NCBI RefSeq assembly: GCF_001194135.2
Contig: NC_069000.1
Coordinates: 42,704,176-42,768,175, forward strand
DNA from: Octopus bimaculoides
Taxonomy: Eukaryota
Direction of reading: 5' to 3'
Length of the DNA: 64,000 nucleotides
The notes under the pieces were generated by a model. The model saw nothing but the letters and a program-made list of their open reading frames with translations. It made no database searches and had not been told where the DNA came from. Of the stretch, positions 38,231 to 51,450 are shown piece by piece; positions within the stretch are counted from its first letter, which is position 1; every line of letters starts with the position of its first letter. A program made the position numbers and the translations under genes.

Positions 38231-39604
38231 GGGTATTTCGATGTATCACAGAAAATATAACCGCAGTTATCTGTTAATACTTATATTTAATCTATTTGCA
38301 AATGCATTAGCATGGCTTTCTAAATCATTGTTTTCTTATTTTCGCAAAACTTCTATCAAATCCAACACTAATCTTCGCATCAGGTGTGTGAGAATATGCG
38401 AAAAACATTTGCGTGTGTGCATGTGTGCTGTATGTAAATGTATGTATGCTTGATGTATGTACGTGTGTGTATGTGTCTATCACTGGTAGGAGTTTCACGC
38501 ACAAATAAGTTTGTTAACATAGGCGTAATGGAAATCTTCTCTAAGGCAGAAGCATAGAAACGTAAGTCACTTCTATCCTTGTCTATCTCCCTTCTCTCTC
38601 TCTGTACTTTTTATCACTTTACATATATATATATATATATATATATAGTGTTATCTGATATCTATCAATCTTTCTATATCTGTATATGTATAAATACACT
38701 TAAATAAGTTCATTGATCTACATATATGTATGTATATACAAACAAGCATGCATACACACACACTCACACACCTATACATATGCGTATACACATATATATA
38801 TATACATATATATATATTTATATATATTTATATATATATATATATATATACATGCCTACATACCTACACACATGTATATAAATTTCTATACATGTGTATA
38901 TATGTGTATATATATATATGTACGTATTTATCTGTCTATAAACATACATATATAATAGACACATACATAAATACGTACGTACATACATACATACATACAC
39001 ACACACACGCATATGTATATATGTATGTATACATATATATATATATATATATACACATATATATATTGTATATATAACTTGTGCGAGCAGGGGTACACAA
39101 AGAGACGCTCACAGATGTATATACAACACCGTTTACAGTTATCCACACACATATATATGTAAATCACACATGGATTATATATGGACCAATATCGATAATT
39201 GATGCTGTCAGGGATGAGAGATGTGAGGGAAAGCTAAGAGCCCTGAAGCATCCCATAATTCTAAGTCGTTTCCGGTCGACTGCGTTACATTTCCAACAGG
39301 CTAGAGCTGAGATTCTCATTGTAGTGTCTCACCGGGATTCACGTGTGGTCAGGTGACATGCGCAACGACGCACATGTTCAAATCTTTCCACAGATATCAG
39401 CTTGACTGACGTCAAGTACAGTTGTATAAATATTGATATTTTCTGCTATGTGACTACTTTCTCATAAATCCCATTCAGTCAATAGGCACGCATGCGTATA
39501 CGTTTGTATAAATGATGAGTGTAGATCCGTATGATATTCATATATGCATCCATATATTATCTATATATAAATTACACACACACACATATATGTATGTATG
39601 TATG

Positions 39605-39651
<47 letters not shown>

Positions 39652-39888
39652 GTGTGTGTGTGTGTAATTTATATATATTTGTTTTTATATGCATAACTAT
39701 ATGTGTGTATGTGTCTGTTTCTATGTATGTATATAGTGTATACATATATATAAATGTTTAAATGTAGATTTAAGCACTCGTTCTCATGTAAATAACTATT
39801 GAATTTTGTTTGTAGGCATCTCTTCTCTATTTCTATATTTCTCACGGATTCTTCGTTTGTATATGCGTCTATCTCTTTACCCTTTCTC

Positions 39889-40070
39889 TTTTACTTGTTT
39901 CAGTCATGCTGAAGCAACGTCTTCAATCGAGCAAATCAACCCCAGGACTTATTCTTCGGAAGCCTAGTACTTATTCTATCGTACGCTTTTGCCAAACCGC
40001 TAGGTGACTGGGACATAAACACACCAGCATCAGTTGTCAAGCACTGCTAGGAGGACAAACGCAAACACTT
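39889..40070 (-). mobile_element. SINE family B, tail
   Basis: TTTTACTTGTTTCAGTCAT...CCCCAGGACTTATTC...GTACTTATTCTATCG...TTTTGCCAAACCGCTA. Confidence 0.8.
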
Positions 40071-40498
40071 AAACACACACACACACACACACATATACAT
40101 ATANNNNNNNNNNNNNNNNNNNNNNNNNNNNNNNNNNNNNNNNNNNNNNNNNNNNNNNNNNNNNNNNNNNNNNNNNNNNNNNNNNNNNNNNNNNNNNNNN
40201 NNNNNNNNNNNNNNNNNNNNNNNNNNNNNNNNNNNNNNNNNNNNNNNNNNNNNNNNNNNTCTCCCTTAATTTGCTTTGCGGGAGCAACTGGTTTATCGAA
40301 AGCGTATCTTCTTAAATACTCGAAATACGAGAGTAAAAAACCAGCCGACATCTGATGAAGGGTCGTTTTTTTTCTTCTATTGTTTGTCTCGTTTTCCCTC
40401 TGTGTCTTTGGTTGTTCGAAAAAATAGTTTCTATTCCATGTACTCGTACTTCCTATTTCTTGTTGTACACGTTTCTTGACGTCCTGTGCCCACATATG

Positions 40499-40532
<34 letters not shown>

Positions 40533-40596
40533 NNNNNNNNNNNNNNNNNNNNNNNNNNNNNNNNNNNNNNNNNNNNNNNNNNNNNNNNNNNNNNNN

Positions 40597-40643
<47 letters not shown>

Positions 40644-41928
40644 TTCGAATATTGAAAATTGTCTAATATTGGGGCATATAAATCCATGACGATATTACCA
40701 TGTTTCACGGATATTATTAGGTAAACATGTTGGAATTATGTATTTGCATCGACATTGAAGAGGAGGAAACGGTGAGCGTTCAGTATTTCTCTTGAAGGCA
40801 ATGTTTTGAATCCTTTCAAACGCACCAATAATACACAATTGCAAGTCGATCCTGCTGTCCGGTAATTATTCAATCGAACAATGAAACTTGTTATCTGCTG
40901 CAGGCGAGAGGAAAGTTATCGCATAAAATTACGTGACAATATGGTGGACAATATATATGAAGGTGAGATACAAATACTCGAAAAGTTCAAATGCAAATGC
41001 AGTAAAAAATTGAAGCGATAAACATATTTGGTAGAAATATATTCTACAATATGAGGGAGTATTAGCATAAATTTATTGTTTGAGTGAATTATAAACACTA
41101 TGAGCTTGTATCATTTAGCACCTCAGTATAAATATACGAACAGATATAAGCATGTGTATTTATACATTCATTTCAATTAAGGTATTTTAATTATAAGGCC
41201 GCAAATTTAGGATGGAGATCAGCATATTTGTATATATACCGAGTGTATAAATGTATATACGGACGTGTTCCAACACTCAAGTTTACATGCCCATGAACAA
41301 AACATATATATCCATATAAATACATATGTATACGATATTATATACGACATTATATACAAATACATCGCAGCGTGCCGTTTCACGATCCATTGTGAATTGC
41401 ATATCCAGCGTAGGAAAGTTTCAAGTGTGGTCGTTCCTTAAAGAAACAACACAAATAGGTTAACGTCCACTAGAGGTGTAGCAGACACGTATTCATTGAT
41501 GTACACCGTGAGAAAAAACAAACAAAAAAAAACAAAACAAAAACCAACTTTTATTTAGATGAATTAAAAACTTAAAATTTAGAATTTGGTCCAGGAAAAC
41601 TATCAAGATATAGAATGCATGCTAACCCTCTCATCTTGGCAACAAGTACTTGTCGCTAAAATAAGAGGGACTGAAACAGCTGTAGTCATCATTAACCGAC
41701 CCGTCCGTCCGTCCGCCCGCCTGCCTGCCTGCCTGTCCGTCCGTCCGTCCGCGTGCCTGTGTATCTCTAGCTGTCTGTCTATCTATCTCCCTCTCTCACT
41801 CTCTCTATCTATTTATCTATAAGTGAGCGTATTCTGTATGTGGACATACATGTGAGGCGGACGCATGTTATATATATATATGTATATGTTTGTGTGTCTG
41901 TGTTTGACTACCACCACCACTACCACCA

Positions 41929-42122
41929 CCAACATCGGTTGACAACCGATGCTCGTGTGTTTACGTGTCAGCAACTTAGAGGTTCGGCAAAAGTTACCGA
42001 TAGAATAAGTAGAATAGGCTTACAAAGAATAAGTCCTGGGGTCGATTTGTTCGACTAAAGGCGGTGCTCCACCATGGCCACAGTCAAATGACGGAAACAA
42101 GTAAAAGAATAAAAGAGTAAAA

Positions 42123-42125
<3 letters not shown>
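41929..42125 (+). mobile_element. SINE family B, tail
   Basis: GGTTCGGCAAAAG...GATAGAATAAGTA...TAAGTCCTGGGGTCGATTTG...GAAACAAGTAAAAGA. Confidence 0.85.
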
Positions 42126-42164
<39 letters not shown>

Positions 42165-42759
42165 TGTGTGTGTTTGTACGCATATATATTGAAACACTTC
42201 TATGTGTACAGACACACGTGTATGTATGTTTGTATCTATATCGTTTTAAAACAAATACTGGTGTCTAGTTGTTTGACTAAACGCCTTTCGAGGAGGTGCT
42301 GCAGCATGGCCACAATCAAAGAACAGAATCACGGAATGAGTGAAAATGAATAATGTAGGTGATGCAGCAATGCGCATTTCTGCAGGTCTGAAGTAAGACA
42401 GTGGGTTGTTTGAAAGTTCAATAACCAGATTTCAATTAAAACCAAGATTATTGTATTGAGCTAAAACGAGAACACGTAAATTTGTAATTGTGCCATAAAG
42501 CATAGAATTAAATGTCAGAGGTCAAATGTCGGGAGATTGCTTAAAGGTCATGGGCCACGAAACTTTTCCATCACCATCTTTTTAAAACTTTTATTTCTCA
42601 TGTGTGGATACACACACACGCACGCGCATATGTATTTATTTATATATATATACATATATATATACACACAGATGTACATAGGTATATATTTGTATATACA
42701 TAAATATATACATAGAGAGAGAGGGAGATAGATAGATACATATACACATTTATTTATGT

Positions 42760-42809
<50 letters not shown>

Positions 42810-43607
42810 AGTAAGGAAGAGAAAATGTATAAAAATATGTTCGGAAAATATGTATGTACATATATGTAAATATATATTTGTATGCGTGTGTATGTGTCCA
42901 TACAAATTATATGATATTCATGTGCCCTAGCGCTAATTATATAGTCTGAACAGGATAAGCTACCCCTAATTTGCAGAAAAAAGTGTGGGAGGCCAGCTAT
43001 GAGAAAATGAAAAAAAAAGAGGCTTAGTGTCTAGCGATCAATCATGGTATATATATATATATATATATATATTGTAAAGCCAGATCAAAGCTATTGAACA
43101 GCAGTAATCACATTTTAATGGTGGTTTCAATTAAGACGCAATTATCATCCATACATTTATTATATTTAATCAATTGCAGATTTTAGAAAGCATGTATTAT
43201 TACTCAATAGTCAATACATGAAGCTTCATTAAAGCTTGTTTATTAACCTTACTTAATTAAATTGGTTTCATGCTCTCTCATATTAATAATAATGTCGGCT
43301 TGTTGAGTAATATTGTATAACCATTATGTATGGCAATTCTTTGAATATAGTGATGTTTTTTTTATTTTATAAAATTCTACTTCGTTTAATCCCTTTTAGT
43401 ATATCTACTTAATATTAATAATTAATAACCTAGTCTGTAATTCTATTTCCTTCAGTGATAAACATCATTTTAATTTCATTCTGTGCATTCATTGCCGCAA
43501 TGTTTGTTTGTGTGTGTGTGTGTGTGTGTGCAAACGTACGTACATACATACATACGTACATAGATATATACATACATGCGAAGATACATATGTATGTCTG
43601 GGTTTGG

Positions 43608-43655
<48 letters not shown>

Positions 43656-44371
43656 GCATCTCCCTGTCTTTCTTTCTATCTATCTATCAATCTGTCTGTC
43701 TGTCTGTCTCTCTCAATATATATATATATATAGGGAGAGAGAGGGAGAGAGAGTGATATAGACAGATAGATAGATAGATAGATAGAGATGGAAAGATACA
43801 TAGATAGATATCGAACTGCTTTACGTATCAATTTTTAGGTTACAGAAATTCCTATTAATGGCAAATTACATACAACTCTCTATTTTTAAAATTTTCAAAT
43901 CCGCAATTTTTTTCGTTTATTAAATGGCTGCATTGTATTAACGCACAAGAAATTGCTCTTAATAACACATATTTTACTAAAAGAACCCGCCTCCATAAAA
44001 GGTAATGTTATTCTAAGATATTCAACTCTCACATTCATCTCTTTGAATACCTAAATACTGTATAACGTATTTCAATATTTCTAATTCAAACGTGTATAAC
44101 ACCTTAATATAGCTCCTATGCTTTTCAAATTTTATTCCATGTTCCTTTTTCGCTTTATAGTTATCTATAGCACAACGTACATTTTATTGTAGAAATTCTC
44201 ACATATTTTGTTTGCAGTTTGATATCACGTGGCTGGTGCATTGCGCTGGTGTTTAAAATAGTTATATTAAAACCATTTTAAAATGTTGTGAGTTAGAAAT
44301 TACATTGTACATACATATATTACACACATATGTGTGTCTGTGTGTGTGAGTGTGTCAGTGTTTTTGTGTAA

Positions 44372-44525
44372 GCGCGTAGCTTAGTCTTTTGATGTGTAGA
44401 ATTTAAGATCGTCAGATCGTGGTTTCGATTACTGGGGGCCGGAGAATGAGTAATGCTTTTCAGCACATTTCTTTTCACGCTGTTCCAATCCGCCCAGGTG
44501 GCAGAAAAAAATTTTTTCTTAAACC
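44372..44525 (+). mobile_element. Degenerate SINE family A-like head
   Basis: GCGTAGCTTAGT...GTGGTTTCGATT with a decayed core. Confidence 0.45.
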
Positions 44526-45758
44526 GGCAATTCTGTAGCGAATGGGCGCCCCCTCCATGGATTGAATATAAACGCTACAGCAACGAGGAAAGCGGCCTTA
44601 TGACGCTATGGATATCGAAGAGACTTTGATATCTTTTCTTTTTTATACATCTCTCACTCACTCACTCACTCACTCACATATTTATATCGTTGCTATTACG
44701 CAAAATTGTCGTCAGTCCAAAACGGAAATATAGTTTCAACATTCCGTTTCTTTTTACACTACCAACTGTTTCAGCAGTTTCTTTATTTTATTTATTTACT
44801 TATATTTATAATAATAAAATGGAATAATTTATAAAGCGTGCGTGTACATTTGTTGGCAAAATTACCCTCCCAATTTATCATAACTGCTAATATGTGTATT
44901 TTAAAAACATTTACTAATTTGTGGTATGTTTTTTTTAACGTATTATTTGGTGTTTTACTTGTATGTGCTATGTCTGCATCTTCAAAGAATAGACACCTTA
45001 TGTGATTTCTCATGTAATCAAAGATTTTAATAAACATTCTTGGATAATTGATTTCAGTTATTGCGAAATATTCGTCAACATCTCCAATACTAAACAGAAG
45101 ATGATTAAAATCATTTCAAACCATTGACATTTTTCTTTGCAGAGTTTCAAAAGATAAAGCCTGAATGCAATATCTGTTTAAATATTAAACGTTTAATGAT
45201 GTGTTTCTCTACCAGAAAAATTCATTTATTTTCGATTCTAATCCTCGAATATCGTTCATCTTCTGTTTTATATTTTATAATATTGGAGCTGTACGTGACA
45301 ATAGCTTCGCTGCTCTGTAAAATAAAATCTCCGGGCTAACCGAGTGATTATTTCAGATTCCCTGGCATAGCGTAGTTGATAAAAATGTTTGGACCGCTAT
45401 CGTTAGTATGTGCTTTCGAATCTTCGATGGTCTCCACTTTGTGTTCTTGCGCAAAGCACTTAAATTCAAGCTTGCATCTATCATTTCATTCAGCAATGAA
45501 CGAGTTCCAGCAATGGTTGGAGATTTAACTCTTCGATGCACTAACGTTCCGTTCAGGATGGGGTGGTCTTTTATTCTCACACGCTTAAACGTCACGGGAA
45601 CGGGACAAAACTCCGGCCGAATGGACCTGTACGCTCCAGACAGTATTTTTCATTACATTCATACGTATTTCTAACTTACCCAGCATGGCTACAGTCTCTG
45701 GTTGATATAACTCAAGCCATACAAGCGAGTACATTATTCATTCAATAATTATTCATTA

Positions 45759-46180
45759 AATCCGCCGAGGTCAACTTTACTTTTCGTCCTTTCGGACATC
45801 GATAAATTACGTACCAGTTGCGTATCGGGGTCGATCTAATCGACTGCCCCCCAACCCCGCCAAAAATTTCGGGTCTTGTGGCTAGTGTAGAGAAGAATAT
45901 TCATTCCTTATATCCGCCGAGGTCTGTCCTTGTTTGTCCCCTCTACGTTTAGCCCCTTGTGGGCAATAAAGAAATAAGAACCATTAGTACGCCGGGCGAA
46001 ATACTTGGCGGTATTTCGTCTGTCTTTAAGTTCTCAGTTCAAATCCCGTCGAGGCCGACACTTACCTTTCATCCATTTCGGGTTCGATAAAATAAGTACT
46101 AGTCTATTTCACAAGGGTCGATGCAATCGGCTTAATTTCTCCCCCGAAATTACTGGCCCCGTTCCAAAATTTGAAACCGA
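45759..46180 (+). mobile_element. Two tandem SINE family C copies
   Basis: 45759-45900 (3' part) and about 45982-46180 both match the family C core CCGCCGAGGTC...CATCC...TCGATAAA.TAAGTAC...GGGTCGAT. Confidence 0.8.
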
Positions 46181-46533
46181 TATTTATTCATGAATCGTAT
46201 TTACTCATTAATCGTATTGAACGCCATCGCTTATAAGTTAATAATTTTACTTCTGAAGTATTCATGTCGGTGATTACATTTCACCCAATTTAAAACAGCG
46301 TCTCTCATCTCCAATTTATCTCAACAGTTTGTATATAACAAAACATTTATATTTCATTGACGCTGTTTGTAAAAGTCGTAGTTGGCAAAACTGCAAATTA
46401 ACAGTTACACGGTGAAAAAAGAAATATTACATTCACGCACCTCATTAAATATTTACAAAGTGTCACTCACTTCAAAGTTTCGCTTCAAAATTATAACAAG
46501 TTAAATATAGTTCCCATATATTAGTATCCGTTG

Positions 46534-46881
46534 TTTTACTTGCTTCAATCATTAGACTGCAGCCAGGCAGATGCACCGGCTTGAAGAATATTTAATCGAC
46601 ACCAGAACTTCAATTTATATGAGCCTGGCACTTATTCTATCAATCTATTTTGCCGAAACGCTAGGTTACGTGTTCACCATCAACACCAGTTGGCACATGC
46701 ACAGACAAAGGGAAACACACACACACACACACACACACATATTCGACGGTCTCTTTTTCACTGTCTGTCTACTAACAAGGAATTACTCGGCCCGAGATAC
46801 TTGACCACGACGCAACGCAGTGTGAGTGAACCTGGAATCATGTGGTTGAGAAACAAACTTCTTACCACACAGCCATACCTC
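46534..46881 (-). mobile_element. SINE family B, diverged full length
   Basis: Tail, internal (CA)n and head all present on the minus strand. Confidence 0.75.
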
Positions 46882-46894
46882 ATAATCCTGGCAT

Positions 46895-46999
46895 TCAGTC
46901 GGTTACAACGACGAGGGTTCCAGTTGATCCCATCAACGGAACAGTCTGCTCGTGAAATTAACTTGCAAGTGGCTGAGCACACCACAGACACGTGTACCC
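46895..46999 (-). mobile_element. SINE family A tail fragment
   Basis: ACGACGAGGGTTCCAGTTGATCC...GTGGCTGAGCAC...CACGTGTACCC, as at 49030-49127. Confidence 0.8.
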
Positions 47000-47180
47000 A
47001 CTAGGTGGCCATCCAATATGCTAAATATAGACCCCATATGGTCTGACCGCTAAGAAAAAATCGTTCTCAAATTTATATATATCTATGCTCATACAACCTT
47101 ATGATATCAAGTTATATAATATATATTATATAGCATATATATCTATGCATTCATGCACTCTCTCATACACGCATATATAA

Positions 47181-47255
<75 letters not shown>

Positions 47256-48062
47256 TCNNNNNNNNNNNNNNNNNNNNNNNNNNNNNNNNNNNNNNNNNNN
47301 NNNNNNNNNNNNNNNNNNNNNNNNNNNNNNNNNNNNNNNNNNNNNNNNNNNNNNNNNNNNNNNNNNNNNNNNNNNNNNNNNNNNNNNNNNNNNNNNNNNN
47401 NNNNNNNNNNNNNNNNNNNNNNNNNNNNNNNNNNNNNNNNNNNNNNNNNNNNNNNNNNNNNNNNNNNNNNNNNNNNNNNNNNNNNNNNNNNNNNNNNNNN
47501 NNNNNNNNNNNNNNNNNNNNNNNNNNNNNNNNNNNNNNNNNNNNNNNNNNNNNNNNNNNNNNNNNNNNNNNNNNNNNNNNNNNNNNNNNNNNNNNNNNNN
47601 NNNNNNNNNNNNNNNNNNNNNNNNNNNNNNTTCTCTCTCTCCTTCTCCCCCCTCTCTCTCTCCTTCTCCCCCCTCTCTCTCTCCCACACAAACACACACA
47701 TACACGACATTCCTCTCTTCACAGAGTAAGTGTCATTTTGATCTCACGCCAAGTTCGCTTTTTCGAACTGTGGTCAAAAAAAAAATTATTGTTTGACGTA
47801 TAGAGACAAGTTTCCAATACAATATTAATGATGGCAGAAGTTGATTTGAAAGACGGAATAGATTCGTCGATAATCACCAATAATGAAGAAGCAAGAGGAC
47901 TGGCTAAAACCGGACTCTCTTCAATATCTGGTTAATCGAAGTACATCAGCTGTATTCAGTGAAAGGCTGGCGATAAATTTGTACATATCTTTGTGTTCGT
48001 ACTGTAACACGAATATGTGCATGCATACATACATACACACACACACAGAGGTACATACATAT

Positions 48063-48105
<43 letters not shown>

Positions 48106-48430
48106 NNNNNNNNNNNNNNNNNNNNNNNNNNNNNNNNNNNNNNNNNNNNNNNNNNNNNNNNNNNNNNNNNNNNNNNNNNNNNNNNNNNNNNNNNNNNNNN
48201 NNNNNNNNNNNNNNNNNNNNNNNNNNNNNNNNNNNNNNNNNNNNNNNNNNNNNNNNNNNNNNNNNNNNNNNNNNNNNNNNNNNNNNNNNNNNNNNNNNNN
48301 NNNNNNNNNNNNNNNNNNNNNNNNNNNNNNNNNNNNNNNNNNNNNNNNNNNNNNNNNNNNNNNNNNNNNNNNNNNNNNNNNNNNNNNNNNNNNNNNNNNN
48401 NNNNNNNNNNNNNNNNNNNNNNNNNNNNNN

Positions 48431-48670
48431 CCAAATCATCTAACCACGTCTTGTTCAATTTTACAGTCTGACATTTTTGCTGAAATCTTTTCTTGGGAAC
48501 ATACTCTTAGTGGTTAGGTGATTTTGCTTCTATTTCTTGCATATAGGAGTCCACTTTGGTGGTCATTCCTCTAAATTTTGTATGTAATATAATTTTAATC
48601 TTCGAATTTTTTTAAAATATGCTAGGTCACTGGTTTTAATTGATTAATATCAATTTCTACCCTCATTATA
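48431..48670. mobile_element. Second copy of the long-TIR MITE (left part lost in gap)
   Basis: GCATATAGGAGTCCACTTT...TATCAATTTCTACC is the reverse complement of 11722-11850. Confidence 0.75.
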
Positions 48671-49017
48671 AAATTATATATATACAGATATATATATTTA
48701 AACACACACACACACACTCACCACTTATATATTTATATACATACATGCGGTCGCGGTGGTTATCGTGGGTGTTAATCTAACGAATTATGACAATTTGACA
48801 TCAATGTTCTACATATAGATTGACGGTCTTAGTCTATAATTGACATTACGATGAAGACATATTGCCAAAGATGTGCGAAATCAGTTAAGTTTGAGATATT
48901 TTAGTATAATTTAAGATAATATCAATGGAATTATATTTAGCTTCGAATATGAATTTAAATTTATATTAAATATAATGTATAAATACATATATTACTTACA
49001 TATGTATGTACATCTTG

Positions 49018-49396
49018 GTACTCCGTCGGCTACGACGACTAGGGTTCCAGTTGATCTGATTAACAGAACAGCCCGCTCGTGAAATTAACGTGCAAGTGGC
49101 TGAGTACTCCATAGACACGTGTACCCTTCATGTAGTTCTCAGGGAGATTCAGCGTGACACAGAGTGTGACAATGCTGGCCCTTTGAAATACAGGCACAAC
49201 AGAAACAGGAAGTAAGAGTGAGAGAAAGTTGTGGTGAAAGTGTACTGAAGGGTTCGCCACCAATCCTTGTCGGAGCTTCGTGGAGCATTAGGTGTTTTCG
49301 GTCAATAAACACTCACAATGCCCGGTCTGGGAATCGAAACCGTGAACCAATGATTGTGAGTCAGCTGCCCTAACCACTGGACCATTGCGCCTCCAC
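49018..49396 (-). mobile_element. tRNA-derived SINE, family A (head type 2)
   Basis: Same 3' half as family A but a different head (TGTGGAGGCGCAATGGTCCAGTGGTTAGGGCAG...GTTTCGATTCCCAGACCGGG). Confidence 0.85.
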
Positions 49397-49544
49397 AGTT
49401 TGTGCATACCTATATGTATATTGCAACACGGAAAACAGGCATGCTCGCGAGAACACCCCACCACACGCACACAAGTGTGTATATCCATATTTATATATAT
49501 GGGTGTTTATATATGTACATATGTATATACTTATATACGTATAA

Positions 49545-49580
<36 letters not shown>

Positions 49581-50643
49581 CTTTCGTTTCAATCATTAGA
49601 CATATGTGTTCGTGTTTGTGCCTGCCTGTTTGTATATGTGTGTATATGTGTGTGTTGACAACCGGTGTAGTCCCCAAAAGCAAAAGATAAATCGATTGAT
49701 ATATACGATAAAGTTTGAACCAACACATACGAAGGAATACATTTATCTCGGTGAGATACGAACACGGAGCGCAAAATATCTGAACAAATATCGCTTAGTT
49801 CCTTGAAATGATAAATAAGTTTTGGATATAAACATAAAAGAAAGAATTATAATCTAGGCCAGTGTCTATTAGAAGAAAGTTATTCCAAGAAACGCGTCCA
49901 CCTCGTTCCTTTCCTTTTGTTACGACTAATTTGTTTGATCTGAGCGGAATGAAACACAAATTCTACGAGGTAACAAGTATCCATGTTTTATATATAGACG
50001 ACGTCACTTTGTAAGAAGCAGATTATAACTTCAACACACCTACATATAGTACATGGATTTTCGAGAAGAATTGTTATGGGAATCGGATTAGAAACATTAT
50101 CCAAGATAACTGATCAGTGCAAAATTAATTAAGGACACTAGTTTTATGTTTGATGAAAAAAAGAAGAGTGAGACAAGATGTCAACCAATTACAGATTTGA
50201 ATATATTTTGGATTTAACGAAGCAGATTCCCCAGCTTGAAAGAAAGGTATTAGCAATGAATATTATCGGCGCATGAGATTGATATACATATCAATCAGAA
50301 AGACGAAGAGAACTGGTTTCTTAATCGGTCAGAATGGCCTTGTGGGCTGAAATACAGACCTGGAAACAAAAGAACGATCCAGGTTCAATTCCCACTGGAG
50401 AAAGGATTTTGGAAAGCAGCAGCCGGGAATCTAGGAGTCGTGACCTGGGTGGGGCCGGCTCCCGTAGAATATCACGTAAAAGGGTCGAAACACTTGGCGG
50501 ATGGAAGTTCTTTCTCTAAAGATTTCTTTTGCTGTTCAAGTCGCCTTGCTGCGAGATTCTGTTATTTTTTTATATATATTTTTTCAACACGAGCTATATG
50601 CCAAGAGAGAAGAAATAATATAACATAAAGTAAGATAATACTA

Positions 50644-50851
50644 GTTTCAAATTTTGATACCATGCCAGTAATTTCGAGGGCGGCACTAAGTCGATAACTT
50701 CGAGCTCAGTGCTTGACTGGTTCTTTATCGATCCAAAAAGATGGGGAAGAAACTCAAAGTGGGCGGTATTTGATCTCACAGCGTAAAAACGGACGCAATG
50801 TCTGTAAGCAGTTTGTCCAACCGGCTAACGATTCGGCCAGATCACCGCCTT
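50644..50851 (-). mobile_element. SINE family C, diverged
   Basis: Reverse-complement match to 31933-32138; a further tail remnant lies at about 50868-50925. Confidence 0.7.
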
Positions 50852-50941
50852 AAAGGGAGATAATATTAGCTTCAAATTTTGACCTAAGGCCAGCAATTTC
50901 GAAAGAGGGCTCAAGTCGATTGCTCAAAAATGTAACATACA

Positions 50942-51118
50942 GTCCGGTCTGGGAATCGAACTCACAACGACAGGGTTCGCCACAACCTCCTGCTGGAGCC
51001 TTGTGGAACTTTTAGATGTTTTTCGCTCAATAAACACTCACAACGCCCGGTCTGGGAATCGAAACTGTGATCCTACGAACGCGAGTCCGCTGCCCGAACC
51101 ACTGGGCCATTGCGCCTT
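50942..51118 (-). mobile_element. SINE family A head type 2, head-only fragment
   Basis: Matches 49250-49396. Confidence 0.8.
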
Positions 51119-51124
51119 AACAAA

Positions 51125-51450
51125 GGAGCACTTTCGTCGGTTACGACGGTGAGGGTTCCAGTTGATCCGTTCAAATCAACAACTTGCTCGTGTAATTACC
51201 GTGCAAGTGGCTGGATACACCACAGAAATGCGTACCCTTAACGTAGTTCTCACGGAAATTCAGCCCGACACAGAGTGTGATAGGGCCGGCCCTTTGAAAT
51301 ACAGGTACAACTCATTTTTGGCAGCTGAGTGGACTGGAGCATTCGGATAATAAAGTGTCTTGCTCAAGGACATAATGCGTCGCCGTGAATTGAACTCACG
51401 ACCTTACGATCATTAGTCGAATGCCCTAACCACTAAGCCACGCCCCTGCA
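51125..51450 (-). mobile_element. tRNA-derived SINE, family A (head type 1)
   Basis: Full-length reverse-complement homologue of 5548-5875. Confidence 0.85.

Noticed and set aside
40720-40770. Possible 51-nt exon VNMLELCICIDIEEEET ending at a GTGAGC donor
   Set aside because: Weak acceptor and no family match.
49870-49902. GAAACGCGTC hammerhead 3' half
   Set aside because: No CTGANGA box or stem I partner upstream.
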